A stretch of DNA of 64,000 nucleotides from Azolla caroliniana (GCA_043228905.1 JBHGNT010000001.1:9114001-9178000), one strand, 5' to 3'; positions 37,131 to 51,677 are shown, counted from the stretch's first letter. The notes: generated from the letters alone by a model not told the origin. A program made the numbers and translations.

Positions 37131-39593
37131 ATGAGTCATTCACAATGCATAGCATTAAATGTGAACTCATTAAAGAAGAAGAAGAAGAGGAAGAATCATA
37201 AGATTTCACATGGTCATATGATTGCCCACCATAATAACAGCAACAATAACACTAGAAACAACAAAGATGATACAAATCATAACATTAACAATAATATTAA
37301 CCATGATAATGATAATAATCATGGTTTCAATAATGTTGTTAATATGAATGTTCCCCCGGGATTCCGATTCCACCCGACAGACGAAGAACTGATAAGCTTC
37401 TACCTTACCAACAAGGTCATGGTTGTCGATCCAATGACAGCACCATCCGACATCACGAACTTTGACCTCCACCGTGTAATTCCTGAAGTTGACCTCAATA
37501 AGCTTGAGCCTTGGGATCTATATGGTAAATTTTTAATAATAATGATAATAATAATATGCAATTCTTCTAGATAAATCTATTTTTTGGGGTTCTGTTTTGG
37601 GCCTTGAGATCTAAATACTTGGTAAGGTTTTAAACAAAACAAATCAGAATCTTACCATAATTTTGATTTTATCTACAAATTATTATTACTAATTTTCAAG
37701 CTGATGTCTAGATCTTCCTTAGATATACAAGACAAACTCTTAGTCAATAATAATGAAGAAACCAATTTTGTTTTGTATGTGGTGGTGTTTTTTTTCCAAA
37801 AAAAAACTCATTCCATTAGTTATAAAATTTTAGAGATGAGAATGTTATATACAATTGTTTGTTTGTTTTTTCCTTCAAAGCATCAAAAAAATGAAGACAA
37901 TGATTTCAAAAGAACATCTATTTAAGTACATAGTACAAAAACAAGCCTTTTTAAAAAATAATAATTTAAAATGGCATTGATCATGCTACATGTAGAGAAA
38001 TGCAAAGTGAGTAGTGCTTCACACCAGACAAGTACTGCAGGGGCAGCGGCAATGCCGGCGACAGAGTGGTACTTCTTTAGCCACAAGGACAAGAAGTATC
38101 CGACAGGGACTCGTACAAACCGTGCTACTGCCGCCGGATTCTGGAAGGCGACCGGGAGAGACAAGGCTGTCCACTCCGTGACTTCCCGGCGCAGCATCGG
38201 CATGAGGAAAACGCTCGTATTCTACCGAGGCAGAGCCCCCCATGGCACCAAAACAGACTGGATCATGCATGAATATCGCCTCGAAGACAAGGACTATGAG
38301 CCGAAATGCAACGTAAGCCAGCCGTTGGCTTTTGCTTAGCCAAAAATGCCAGTATTATTATTATATCATTCCTGAATCCTGAGTATGTTTTTATGCTGTT
38401 GCATTTATTCAAGAATCACAAGAGCAAAGTATGTTTAAGGGTGGACATTGTATTTCTACCCATTTTCTATGTTAATCTTATGTCTTAGAGTTAGTTAGGT
38501 AATGAACTGTATGTATGCTGTTGAGTTTGTGAATCACAAGAGCAAAGTATGTTTAAGGGTGGACATTGTATTTCTACCCATTTTTCTACGTTAATCTTAT
38601 GTCCTAGAGTTAGTTAGGTAATGAACTGAGGATATAAGGGTAAACAACTTCCATTGGTTCTTCTTCTAACTGTTTTAAGTTTTGCCAGCCAAATGCCAGT
38701 ATTATATCATTCCTGAATCCTTACTGTGCTGTTGAATTATGATGTCTAGAGTTAGTCATGAACCCAGGATAAGGGTAACAACACCCATTGGTTCTTCTTC
38801 AAGTGCCTTACTTTGTTTCTCCACTGCATCAAAGAGTATCTATGTATAAACATGACCTTCTGGCTTGTATTAGGACAATATTCATAAGCAAATTTTGTGA
38901 TTTCAACCCAGATGTAGCCTTTTCTTTTTGCCAAGATTTAGAACTAATCATTGCAAGCATTTTGTGCTCGAACAGGAGGATGGATGGGTTGTTTGCCGCG
39001 TATTCAAGAAGAGATGCCTTCAGGACAAGGAGGCCACAACACATAGCAACTCAAACATGTCAGATGAGGAGACCCTAACCTATCCACAAGGGAAAAGATA
39101 CAAGAAAGACAGTGATGAAATAGAGACAACCACCCCTATTGCACACTTGCCTTGCAAATTAGAAGTCATGGAAGACCTTCCCCCTCTTCAACCAACTTTC
39201 TTACAACTGCCTCAGCTTCAAAGCTCAGAAATAGCATCCACACTCTCCATTCCAATGGAGAATCACAACAAAAACATGGTAAATCAACCCCCATCATTAT
39301 GTTCGGACCTCGACCCCGAAGAATGTGATGATGATGATGATGATGATGATGATAATAACAGTTATAGCAATAATAAGCCTTTCTTCATGTCAGAAGATGA
39401 GCTTGCAACCTTCATCTACAATGGCCACTTTCCAGATGGTTGGAGCATGTATGATACCATGGGCAGATACAATCCTGAGCTTTGCAGCTTTCCAATTGAC
39501 CTTCCACAAACCTTATACTTTAGCAAAATGCAACCACCACCTATAGAATATCCATCCAATTGTGATGTTGACCTTTGGAACTTCACAAGATAA
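37131..39593 (+). CDS. NAC transcription factor, VNS (VND/NST/SMB) subgroup; 3 exons (37131-37524, 37996-38312, 38976-39593)
   Basis: [97 protein letters not shown]-terminal FLQLPQLQS (LP box) and DLWNF. GT-AG junctions keep frame. Confidence 0.93.
38338..38800. repeat. Mosaic of local duplications in NAC intron 2
   Basis: A ~97-bp unit at 38413 and 38531. AGCCAAA..TGCCAGTATTAT..CATTCCTGAATCC at 38338 and 38687. ATAAGGGTAA..CCATTGGTTCTTCTTC at 38634 and 38769. Confidence 0.8.
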
Positions 39594-41179
39594 TTATACC
39601 AGTCACAGTCATAAGCTAATATTAGTACATCATTCAGAGTTCTTTTCCAGACTTGCAGAACCCCTATATGCCAAAAAAGAAGATACCGAAGCATCAAATC
39701 CAATTGCATCCATGCATGGTCCTTCAAGATCTACCAGATCTACCTATGTGGGACTGAATTCTTTGTGTACAATTGACAGTTTTAATATAAGTACTGCGAA
39801 TGATTTGCATATCAATATTGATGTGAGCTCAATCAGATGTGTGATTTGTACATCAATATCCATATGAGCTCAATCAGACTGTTATTGATGTCCATGTACT
39901 AATTATGGATAACAATAGCGGACGTCAATAAATTCCTTGACATAATTAATCAACACTGAAATTGGTGCAATTTTCTTACTTCTTTTTCTTCTGGAGAATT
40001 ATTCAACACTTAAATAAATTGGTCTTGCTTTCTTGTTTTCATCTGGAAAAAGCTTGACGTCCATGATCTGAGGCGAAATGATATAAAGACCCCTTAAAAT
40101 TAATAGTGCCTTCCTTAACATAAATAAACTTGCATACCATATCAGGCAACAATGCATGAACAATGGGCATTACTCAGAGGACATAAATTAGGGAACAGGA
40201 TCGGCACATGACATTCGAATTTTGAGAATGGATGTGGTGTTCCCTTTTTACATAAGGATATCATTGTAGAACGTCTTGTAGGATTATAGAAAAATGACAA
40301 GATGCAGGGGATTGATGCAGGGATAGAACCTTGGGGAAATGTGACCTCATAAATGGACAAGCAAGCTAGGAAAATCAGCCATGTCTAATCATTCTGAAGT
40401 TGAGCAATCGAGCAAAAAACATGTATAATCATTCTGAAGTTTTAAAATCATAGTCAATTATATTCAGTGAGACAAAAAAATAAACATGAGATAATGCATA
40501 GTAGCTTCCATTCCTAAAACTCTCATGACTTCAGAAATGCACACTAATTCATTCCTCAAAACTTCCATCATTCCCATGATTTGCAGAAGGAAGCTAACGC
40601 ATGTTTGTTGCCATAAAAGTTTAAGTCAGTAGTTTTTCTAGTGCCAAGGTAACACCATCCCTCTTTTAGATGATGAGTACCAACACATAAACTTTGGCTT
40701 GGTTTATTGTAGCTCTCATACTATAGGTTCCCTATCCACGTCTGCCCCTCTTGCCAAGAAATTGTATCCTTAGCTTTCCATTGCATCTATAGCTCTTATT
40801 ACCCTCCACTTGTATGTGTACAAAATTCCATCCCCACCATGACTTGAGCTCAAAACCATTCACTGTCACTTTGTCACTAATCTTGAATGCCTTCACTTTC
40901 TCCATTTCCGATTGTCTCTAAAGTTCACTTGGAATTCCTTGATAAAACCTTAAAAGTTTTCAAACAAATGAGACTTTTACTCTTAACAACAATGCAAACA
41001 ATTGTACTCTTGCCTTTTTCAAAACAATGTTTGAACTAACCCAACTTAAGGTACATCAGTTGCATACACAAAAGGTTGCATATGAATCTCTAAATGCACC
41101 TGGTTTAGGAGTTCTTAAGGTCATATTGAACTTTCTTGGGAAAGAGAGATTCAGTTTTATGGGGGAAGTTTTTAGTATC

Positions 41180-41560
41180 GATGCATATTGAAACCTATTC
41201 AGTGTTTGGGTCCTCCAAATATGTTACATTTAACAAAAATTAGAGCACAATTTTAACAACAATAAAAATATATAAGCCTGTCTTTGGCTCAGGCTCAGAA
41301 AGTTTGTTTAATAAAAAGGCTAAACGAATGGAAGGATAAAAAAAGTTCCTTAAAAAGGTTAATTTATCACTATATTTACAGAACAAGAGGCAGTGTAGCA
41401 TGCACATCACACTGTGCTCTGCATGCATTTGTTTTGTATAAAGCATATTTCATTCACATATGCTCTCTACATGTTATGTTGATTATGTATCTGGTACTGC
41501 CCAGATTTTCCGAATAATTCATTTCATTTGTTGCTTTCTCGTGGAGTGCTATTTACAACT
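41180..41560 (-). pseudogene. Decayed duplicate of the last two exons and intervening intron of the GST-like gene
   Basis: 41490-41557 resembles 42670-42742 (…GGAGTGCTATTTACA). Intron motifs GCTCAGAAAGTTTGTTTAATAAA and AGAGGCAGTGTAGCAT are shared. 41200-41222 resembles the exon 12 start (YLEDPNT*). Confidence 0.75.
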
Positions 41561-42196
41561 GATCTTTTCACGTCTCACAACTCAAATTTAATAAAACCTA
41601 AGCATGTGCAATATTATCTCATACCTGGATCACGTCAAGCTTAATTCAAGATGTCGAAACAAGAACATCAAACTCATTTTCTTCTCGTACTCTATCCTTC
41701 AACAGCCCCAAATTGTGTTAGTTTCTATCCTTCAATACAGAAAGATCTCTTTCCATGTATGTATGATATGCTTTCCAAACAGTTACATTTACTGTTGTGT
41801 ATGATGTAGAATAACAAAAAGGAACAAGTTCCTTATGTATGAAAATCTTCTGCTCTCTCATATATATGAAAAACATACTAAATTAGCCAGAGTGTATCTA
41901 GCAGAGATTGTACATCCTCATGTCCAGCAACCCACATAATTTCAGTTTCAGAAGTCTGAATTCAGTACAAAAGTTTTAAATTGACAACTGTATTCATTTT
42001 ATTGACACCATTGGATAACACCCAAACATGGATAGCAATTCAATCCAATAACTAGTGTACATGAGAATTTTTTTACAATAAATCATGAATGCAGAGTGGA
42101 GTCTTTGAACGGCTTAGATAACTGCATAAACCTGATATGTGGTACAGATTGTACATTGTATTCGGCATATAAATAAATTTTGAAATTCAGGAATAA

Positions 42197-45100
42197 TCAT
42201 GCTGATTTACCACTTGGTAAAGCATATGTTGCTTGCAAATATTCTATAATGTATGCACTTTCAAACATCTTCACTCCAGTGTTCGGATCTTCCAAATATG
42301 GTGCCTACAACACAAATTAGAGCACAGGTTTAAAAGTGTATAAAAATATAAAAACACCAATTGCAACCTTCTTCATTTAAGAGGCTCATGCTCAGAAAGT
42401 TTGTTTAATAAAGGCTGAACGAATGGAAGGATAAAAAAGAGTATAGTTCCTTACAAGATTGATTTATCATTATATTTACATAAAAACAAGAGGCAGTGTA
42501 GCATGTGCATCATCTTGTGCTTTGCATATAACTGAATTTTATATAACATATATCATTCATATGCAAATCATATATAAGCATGTGAACATGATTATATAAA
42601 ATGTGTATTTAAGATCTACAGAAGAAACTACATTAATATTTGCTCTCTTAAGTGTTACATCAATTATGTATCTGACCTGAAAGTGCCCAACCCGTTGGAA
42701 TAACTCATATCGTTTGCTGCTTCCTCGAGGAGTGCTATTTACATAGATGAAGACACTTCAATAAGATTTATTAAAATGTATATGAAAAACAGGGAAAGAA
42801 ATTTTCTTTACCTGTGATATATATGAGGTAACTCGAGCTCAACCAGCACTTCCCTTACTATCTTACAGAAAGGTGATGCCTGTCCATTAAGCATCATTTA
42901 CTCCATGTCACAGGTTCAACAAAATCCAATCAATTATCGATAGCAATTTTATTTAGTTACAAGAGCTCACCTCATATGCCCACAATTCTACAGGTTTTTC
43001 AGGAACCTTCGAAGGTACATATCTACTTCCCTGCCACAAAAGACAAATGGAAAGTTATTAATGAGCAATAGATGTGTTTTTGACACATGTAACATGCATC
43101 TTGATGTCACCTACAACTGTACATCCCTAATGTTCATAAACAATCATATACACTACTTATATATCTTACTACATAAAGAAACAAAGGAATGTTCTTGATA
43201 GAGAAGAACAAATATTTGTGTTCTATAATTAATTTGATTTCAATCATAGTTGTACTCAGTGAAGGCTGTTGGAAATAAAGGGCCATTGTGCCTTTTATTC
43301 ATGCACAGGTGTGAACTCACCCTTAGCACCCTTAGTCGCTGATGAAAAAAGTGTTTGATTTCAGTAAATCAGGTTTCAAAAGAGAGATTTGAATCGTACC
43401 TCCTCCCTTACTTCCAAAGTATATTTCATATTCAAGAAGGAAAAATGTGGTGCAATAAGTTTAATGGTGCTCAATCTTTCATACGATTAGGAAATTCCAT
43501 GGTGTTAAAGCAAGGACACCAATTTTATTTGGTCTATGCGGTGATGAATTAGAACAAATGGTTACCTCGGGAACAAATGGTTGCCGCGGGATGAATTAGA
43601 ACAATGCATTGAGTTTGTGAAGGAAGAAGACGTTGAAGAGGTTGTCATTAGAAATGTAGTCATCATGCTTTGTTGTATGCACATGATGTGGTGCTTTTTG
43701 CAAATACATTTGAAGATGCACAAAAGATTATGAAGCATTTGAAGCCTTTCGCATGCACATTAAGTTAAGTGTCAAATTATACCTCTAAAACAAAGATTAT
43801 GTTTCTGAAGAGCCAAAATCAGGATTAACATGCATAATGTAGAATAATAAACCACTTGAAATCGTCGAAAGCTTTGAATACCTTGGCCTCAACGTTCCTC
43901 AAATCATAGATGGAATGAATGTATTACCCACTGCTTAAAAGCAACAACATGAGCATATTATGTATTTGAAAACATACGCAATGGTTGAGAAATTAAATAC
44001 CTTTTGACTTTAGTGACACGAATGCTTCTCTATGGGGTGGAAGTATAGTGTGGTACTGGTAACATCTCTAAGTCTACTTGGACAAAGTTTGAAAATCTCC
44101 AAAAGCATTTTTGTACAAAGTTTCTCCAAGTAAAGAAACAAACCCCATACACCCTCCTACTTGTGATAGGATCACTTCTCATTGAGATCATGGCCATAAA
44201 AAGGGTTGTTTGAGTACACGCTTAAGGTTCAAAAAGGTCGTTTGAGCATGCAGCCATTGGTGCTCTCGAAAGACCATATGCAATTCCAAGAGCCACGACT
44301 AAATTGTGGCTATTTGATACACTTGTGACACCAACTCTTCTATATAGAGTAGAAACGTGGGGACCATGTCTTAACAAGCCGAATTACTGGAAATTTTAGA
44401 GTGACCTTTAGTGCCAATGATTGTCCACGTGATAAGGAGCAAATCATTGGTGCCCCATAATATAATTCAGGCAGAGATGGGAGCAGCCCCTATTATCACT
44501 GAGGCATTATTCTGATCAGTGACCTGTATCCAACGTCTTTGGGAGCTCCCTAAAGGAAGGTACTCAAGGTTGGCACGTATGTCATCAAGACAAGTGGTTG
44601 AACATGGAGACACTCATTGTTGGTATGCTGAAATGCAGCAACCGTTCGAGTCACATGGATTTAGCATAAATGCAATACCTCCGTTCCAATATAGCTTGGA
44701 TTGTCCCCATCTAAACATAACCAAACTAGAAAAGAATAGAGTGATCCAAACTGATATTATTCACTTGGAAAGTAAGATAGCATGGATCAGACCCAAAATA
44801 TCACTTGGTTCAAAAATGGCCCACTACAACACACTTTTTACGCACACCAGAGGATGGATTCATCATCAGGCCAAATTATATGGACATATATCTATCCTAT
44901 GCATTGCACAATGTGATAGGGCAGCTGCAAACTTCATTGCATCAGTTAGCGATGAGGTAGGAAGATATGCACAAATACCTCTAGAAGAAAGAATTCTCCA
45001 ATTGTGTCAGCAAGGAGTAGAATCCGAAGAACACTATGTTTGTCATTCTAGTGACTTTTATGAAATAAGAGGGAGATACCATTGCCTCTTTAAACAAGGC

Positions 45101-48100
45101 TTTGGCCCAATGGTGCCTAGGACTTTTCTTCCTAGAACTCAAAAGACACAGGGAAAAGTTGTTGAAGGACAACAGTACAACCACACAAGCTCATCCACGA
45201 AGAGCAATGACAACTTTCTTTAGCCCCATTACTCCGAGTGATGCTACAAGTCAGTCAAGGGCTACGCAAATGGGCTCTCAACCAAGAATAACAAAAAGGG
45301 TTACAATAGATTGGGTAATAGCAATTTGTCGTGCACGTAGGCCCCGGCTTCATGGACCACAATCTCACCACCCTTGTCATCAACAAATTAAGGCCATTAT
45401 CTCCCACCATCACAGGTGCTTCCCTCACTTTGAAGACCTCTCTATTCGGGATCAACTATGCTAGAGATCTTTCAAAGACAAAAGTTATAGGCCATTTTGG
45501 CCTCTTAAAAGATGTTAATATATCTTTCTTTCTCTCAAAACGTTAGATGTAAGCTCCAGAAGAAAGATAAGGGCAAAATTCTCTCACTTGGTTGGGTGGT
45601 TCATGTAAAAAATGGTTCAAAAGTTGGGGTGTGGAAGACCTCTTAGAGCTTTCAGGTGATGCTTAACAATATGTGGTTATTGAGGAAAGGCCAATGGAAA
45701 GTTTGAACATGAAAAGGCTGATGCGAAAAATACCAAATTGGAATATTGCATTGCAAACATCAACCTTGAAGGGTTTTGAATGTGTTACTACATTGCACTT
45801 ATTTGTGCAATTTGTGTCTACCACACTTACTATTACACTCGCCGACCATACACCATTACCAACACCAACAACACCCTTCACCCTCATCACCAACCTCGCC
45901 CCCTTGTACTAGCATCCACTTAACCTATGAACTAACAGAAATTGGTAATCAACCCATCCACCATAGACTACCATATGAATTGTCAACCTAACTATAATCC
46001 ATACCTCTCCCGTCAATAATTTTCCACACTACACCCTCACGACACCCACTTCCAAAGAGCATGCCCACTCAGCACAAACATTCTCTACACTAGCATATAT
46101 CTCCTAGAATGACATTCTTGGTGGTATTACCATTAATATGGATCAATTTGATATGATTCATGTGATAAATATGCAATCAATTGATCAAAGTTTTTGGAGT
46201 GAACAAGCCTCCTTGTCTTTCATCCTACAATATGCAAGTAGGATACATATATTGGTATTATAGCCTATTGCAGTTGCTTAACTAATATAATAATTGAAAT
46301 TTCTTTTGCATATCAAAGAGCATTGAGAAATATCGAAAACTAATAGCATTTGAGGACACCACATGCAACCTTGGCAGTGCTATTTATGAGATCTCGGGAT
46401 TAATACAACTGTGTTGGGTGGGTGGGTTGGGGGGGAGGAGAGACAGACAGATTGAATGATGCTTATTTAGGAAGGTTGATGCTCAAATAAATCACTAACG
46501 AAGAAATAACAAAAAACCAACTTACCCTTCCCATTCGTGCAACCATGGCTAGACCTGCTGTCAATGTCTGCAATGTGGAAATAGAAGACATGGATGAGCT
46601 TCAAGTGATAAGGACAAAGAGCTCACTTAACAAGTTAAAATACACAACTCTTCAATCACAGAGACATGCAAATGACAAAAAGTTATGTACATACTGTCAC
46701 AATTCCAAGTGAGAGCATCAAAGGCACTTTTCCATCACCTGGGTAAAAAACTCAGTTATGATTAAAGGTATGAGTGTCTACAGACATTTCCTGCTTGAAA
46801 ATAAGCAATAGTCACATTGCGATTTAGAACTCGTTTTAAGTGCATATGTAATCCAGATCGATTGTACAAAGATTAATTGGCTGTTATTGATCCGTAAAAA
46901 GTATGGGAAGAAACCTATATTACAAAATACATCTGCATTGATAACATCATGGCATGAGAGTTCCTACAAGAGAAAGTTAATTGCAAGCAAGGGAAAAGGG
47001 CATTGTGGTCAAATCATCCAGTGAATTTAACAACACCATGGATAATAAACAGACTCATATGAACTACATGTCTCCAGCTGTAAAGTCACTATATTTGATA
47101 TATGACCACACTTTAAACTCAGGTAGCAGTAGGCGTACCCTATATAACTGCAGACTTTTAAACAAAGATAATATGACCACAATAAAGTGGTTCACGTGCA
47201 ACTTTCAAGATCACAAACCATATGAACACATCGCTGTCATTGTGGCATATGACTATATCGCAGATAAAGGTAATTTCAAACAGTGAAGATAGATGTTATT
47301 GCCATCCTCAATCTACCTGGAGTATCAGCATATTTGACTACAGCTGTCCCAAGCTCTACAAATGCCTTATGACTGATATATAACTCTACTGTCTATTAAG
47401 CTGTCGACCCAAATTAGTGAGGGACAAAACAAAATGAGATGTCAAGGGATGTGTTACCATATTTCTCTACTAAATATTTGATGATATCATCTGATTCATA
47501 CATTGAAATGCCAGTATTTGGATCAACCTGTATAAAGCACAATAAAGATCATTAGCGTGATGATTGCAAGGTTGAATGAAATATAATACCAGAAAGCATG
47601 CTATATTTATTGAATCCACAACATCTTCAACACAAAATCTCCACATACAATTGGCCTTCAAATAGGCATACCATATAAGGAAATTGTTTCTTCCCACCAA
47701 GTTCAATTGCTTTTGGTCTAAAGTTTGGTCCACCCTGAGGACATGGATAGTAAAGAACATCGAGATCCAAAATAGAAATAATTTCCCGAACCTGTTCATG
47801 AGAAAAATAGCAGTGACACAATATAAGTTTTACATATCTCATAGTAAATCAACAATCTTGATCATAAATGTGCTTACCTTACGACAAAAAGGACACCTGT
47901 GAAAAAAGAACTCTATCTCTCTATCTCTCTCGGCTCTTCTCTCTTTATAACAAAACCTCAATGTTTCTCTTCATCTTTTGACTTTGGAACTTGAAATTCT
48001 GCGAAACTCCAGAACCTATTTTGGCAAAATGAAATTGGTCTTGGAGAGCTGTGAGGGTCTCTGGAAATTTAACATCTCCATTATTATTTATCTATTTCTT

Positions 48101-50498
48101 CTTGCATAATAGATTGAACCAATCATCAACCTATGGTAACTTTCCATTTTGTGGCACATAGTCCCCTTTGCCCTTCTCTAAGTGACATGGAATGATTAAC
48201 CTGATACATCTTTCCTTTTTTCTTTCTCTCATGTAAGTCTCATGTAATATCAGTCACTATTTCATTACATGCTCCTTCTTCACAACTAGAATGGTTTGTA
48301 AAGGGGTATAGATTAGAATACAAACATCCAACAAGATCATTGTTGTGAATCTTGCTCGTGCTGTGACATATTGGAACCTCCATTGGCATACATATTAATC
48401 ATGCCATGTTTGAGGAGCAATGCTTAATCATGGCATGCCTCTAATAGAAGGCTAGAGGCCTCATGGAACCAAGACACTATAAGGAATTATGGTTTAAGCA
48501 CTCATCAAAATCTACACAGCAATCTGAGGAAAGTTGGAATGTCTGATGATGCTAGATACAAAGGGCCATTACATATCCTGAATATTCCTACCAAGTAGAC
48601 AAGTATGGTAAAAGTATTGAATATATTGAATCTAAACAAGACATTGAGAACACATAACATTGCTTTTAAATATCACAATTTAAGATGCTATTTGTCATAC
48701 CCTTCAAACTCATAGATTTCAATAGGCTTTGGAGGTCGAGGCCCAAGGCTTGATGTCTCTTTCAATTTGCGACCTGCAATAGAAAAATCAGAGATTAAAA
48801 TATTCAAATGGAGAGACTTAGCATTCCTAATATACTAGATGCAACTTCAGGTTTAGACTAATTATTTCTTCATCCATTAGCTATAGCATAAGCATGGTTT
48901 GCAAAAGACATTTGACTTTTAAACACTGTGTTCAACTGACATGTCTTATGTTACATATAATTCTGTCTACAACTTCATCTTCTAAACCTCGACATGATAT
49001 TCCAATAAGTGGGCCTATCACAGTGAATAAACGAGAGTTACACACCTGCAAAGGTGAAAGAAGCATAACTATCAGCTGGGAATTCATCCTCTGGAACCCA
49101 AGATGCTGTATAGCTGCAAAATACCAAAGCAGGTGATTAAATAATTATCTATGCTAGCCATAACTCAGTTGTAACAAATTTATGCACATTAGTGCATGTT
49201 CCAAGTTACCATATAGAGTATCCACAATCCTAATTCCTATAAGGTTCCCTGAGGAGGTGTGCCACAACAATGACATTGAGGAACAAAAAAGAAGAGATTA
49301 ACATAGAGACAAACAGACAGCTGGAGACTTGAGAGTTACATGGATGCCTGCTCCTATGCTAAGAGTTCTCGAATTACCAAAAAATCACAAGTGCTGTGCT
49401 ATTAACATTTCCATTTGCAGATCTAATTTTATTCATTGATCTACTTAATCAGGAATTTCACATCATGAACTTAGGGAATCATCCCTCCTCATTCAAACCC
49501 ATAAATATTAGTTATGCACTTCATGATTGTAAAACATCCCCAAAACCAAGTCTACAACATGCCTAGAGATCATAATCATAGATCTTTAGGAAACTTAGAG
49601 CTTTTATTTTTGTTACAGGATGGATAACAGGAATTCACCTATATTTGTATTCAGTGTTCACTTCATATGCAAATTTTGGCCTCTAGTAGACATATATGTA
49701 CATTGAATGTGTATAGCATGTATATATATGTGCGTGTATGTATAAATGTATAAATGTGAATGTATTTACATGTATGTCTGTATGAACCAACAACATGGAC
49801 TTGGCAGAAAGGAAATTGGCATCCAATCCATCTTGTTATTCGGGATTTCTCTCTCATGACATTGGCAAAAAAAACTATGTCCTATTGCGTTTACATGTTT
49901 CTAATCTGTTGTCTCTCTCATACCATTAGCAGTCATAATTAATCTTAAGTTTTTTCATTGTTTCTAATCTGACACGAAAAAGAATCTTCTTTGTGGATTC
50001 TTCACTTCATTGTGATACCTCCCACTGGTAATATACAATCCATTGCTGAAACAAAAAGCCTTGTGCATGAGTATCACATTTATATATACCTAACATACCT
50101 GTGTAGTACACACACAGAAACATATGTGGTGTGCATGTGGACGCACTTATATATGTCGATACATTCATGCATACATACCCTTGAGCAAGAGCTCCAGAGC
50201 CCAGTCGCATGGGTAAGGCCAACGAGGATCCCAATATGTCGAGGAACTTATCACCTCTCACATAAAACCTCTTGGGTTCCGGGGCCTTGAAGTTAGAGGA
50301 TGATTCCTTCACAACCGTCGATGAGGGCTTCCCCTCTTCCTCTTTAATCTCAGCCCTAGCAGCTGGAAAACACTTGTAGTGTTTTCTGCATTCGCTGCTG
50401 CTTCTTTGTCCTATTCTACACACAAAAAGTGAGGAAGAGGATGATGACGAGGAAGGTGGAAGGAATTTGAGGTACGATGGGAAGGTCACCATCGCCAT
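42197..50498 (-). CDS. Plastid-targeted double GST-N/thioredoxin-fold protein (GST2N type); 12 exons
   Basis: Exons 50498-50179, 49113-49046, 48773-48701, 47896-47878, 47791-47672, 47527-47458, 46738-46695, 46567-46526, 43030-42971, 42879-42812, 42734-42677, 42304-42197. Motifs IYEFEGCPFCRKVRE, GGKKQFPYMVDPNTGISMYESDDII, YEASPFCKIVRE, APYLEDPNTGVKMFES. Ser-rich N-terminal transit peptide. Confidence 0.9.
43540..45536 (+). mobile_element. Degenerate, chimeric LINE inside intron 8 of the GST-like gene
   Basis: DELEQ...EEVVIRNVVIML, FEYLG and KQTPYTLLL resemble the LINE at 14-23 kb. A second post-RT block follows (FDTLVTPTLLY.VETWG; LC..GVESEEHYVCH). Ends in a CT-rich tail. Confidence 0.8.
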
Positions 50499-51174
50499 TT
50501 TCCTCTGCGCCTCCTCTGTTCCTGTGACTGATAGATGAGTGAATGAATGAATGAATGAATTGAATGAATTGAGGAGGAGAGGTGTTGCCACATACACTGG
50601 CTTGTGAGGGGATATAATTCAAAATTACAAAACTAGCCCTGTTTGAAAACATAATTAAAAAAAACTAATTACAACCTACCCTCCTCCTCTTATGCTACTA
50701 CTACTTACTATGTACAAACATAGTACGTAATATACTCGAATGTATAGCCAAACATTCTTTTTCATACGCATGGGAACAAATGCGTATCTTAACAAAACAT
50801 TTTTATGTTTTTTATTTATTTACACTTTTTACCTTATCATTTAAATAATGGATACAAAAGTACATACATATGGTATTTACTATACTTCGAGGGTGTTTAC
50901 CATACTCGAATTATTGGCGCATTCTCAAATGCGAATGCACGTCTGGTACGTATGGTTCATACTATGTATACAAATATATACACCCCCATTTCGTTGCAAA
51001 AGTATTTCTTTTGATATTCTAAAGCCATGCTTATCTCGTTGTACTCTCGCTAAAGTCGTCCAATAATTTATAGGTTTTGTTCCATGGGACTTGATATCTA
51101 GGATATTGTCCATTAACACGATTTTTGAAGCGTTGTAGATTATGATCACTTGCATTTAGTTTTAGATAATCCGC

Positions 51175-51677
51175 TGTCGTGAAGATTTTCGTCCATAGGC
51201 GGAAACCGGGGTGGAATAGGCAAATCGGTGGTGTGCACCATGTGCACATATATACTAAGAAATGGTGTATAGAAATAAGAGGGGAAACTCTATCCCACAT
51301 TGTAAGGTCCCTCCCTCCTTGGGCTATAAAAGGAAGGGAGGGGTCACTTATGAGGGGTTGCCTATTTTGAGGGAGAGAGGCATACCACTTAGGTCGAGGG
51401 TTTCCTATTCGGTTTTAGGGTTTCGGTTAGGGTTTTCTTCTTGGGTTTTCCTTTAGGGTTTTTGATATAGTCGTTTGGTGCGGCCATGGCGGCCACCATT
51501 GTAAAGCGTTTATGTTTTCTTAATAGAACTTCTTGTTGAGTATCTTGACTCCTTCTTCTTCTTCTTCTATCATAATATCATATTCGTTCTCTTATCCTCT
51601 TGAGCTATGAGCTAATCTTCCATTCGTTGTCTTAACCTTTCTCCTCTTCTCCCTAGTCTGAGACCCCCGTGGCGACA
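51175..51677 (+). mobile_element. Solo LTR (503 bp), probably Ty3/gypsy
   Basis: Termini TGTCG...CGACA, flanked by CCGC on both sides (51171-51174 and 51678-51681). Internal TATAAAAG at ~51325. Confidence 0.75.
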
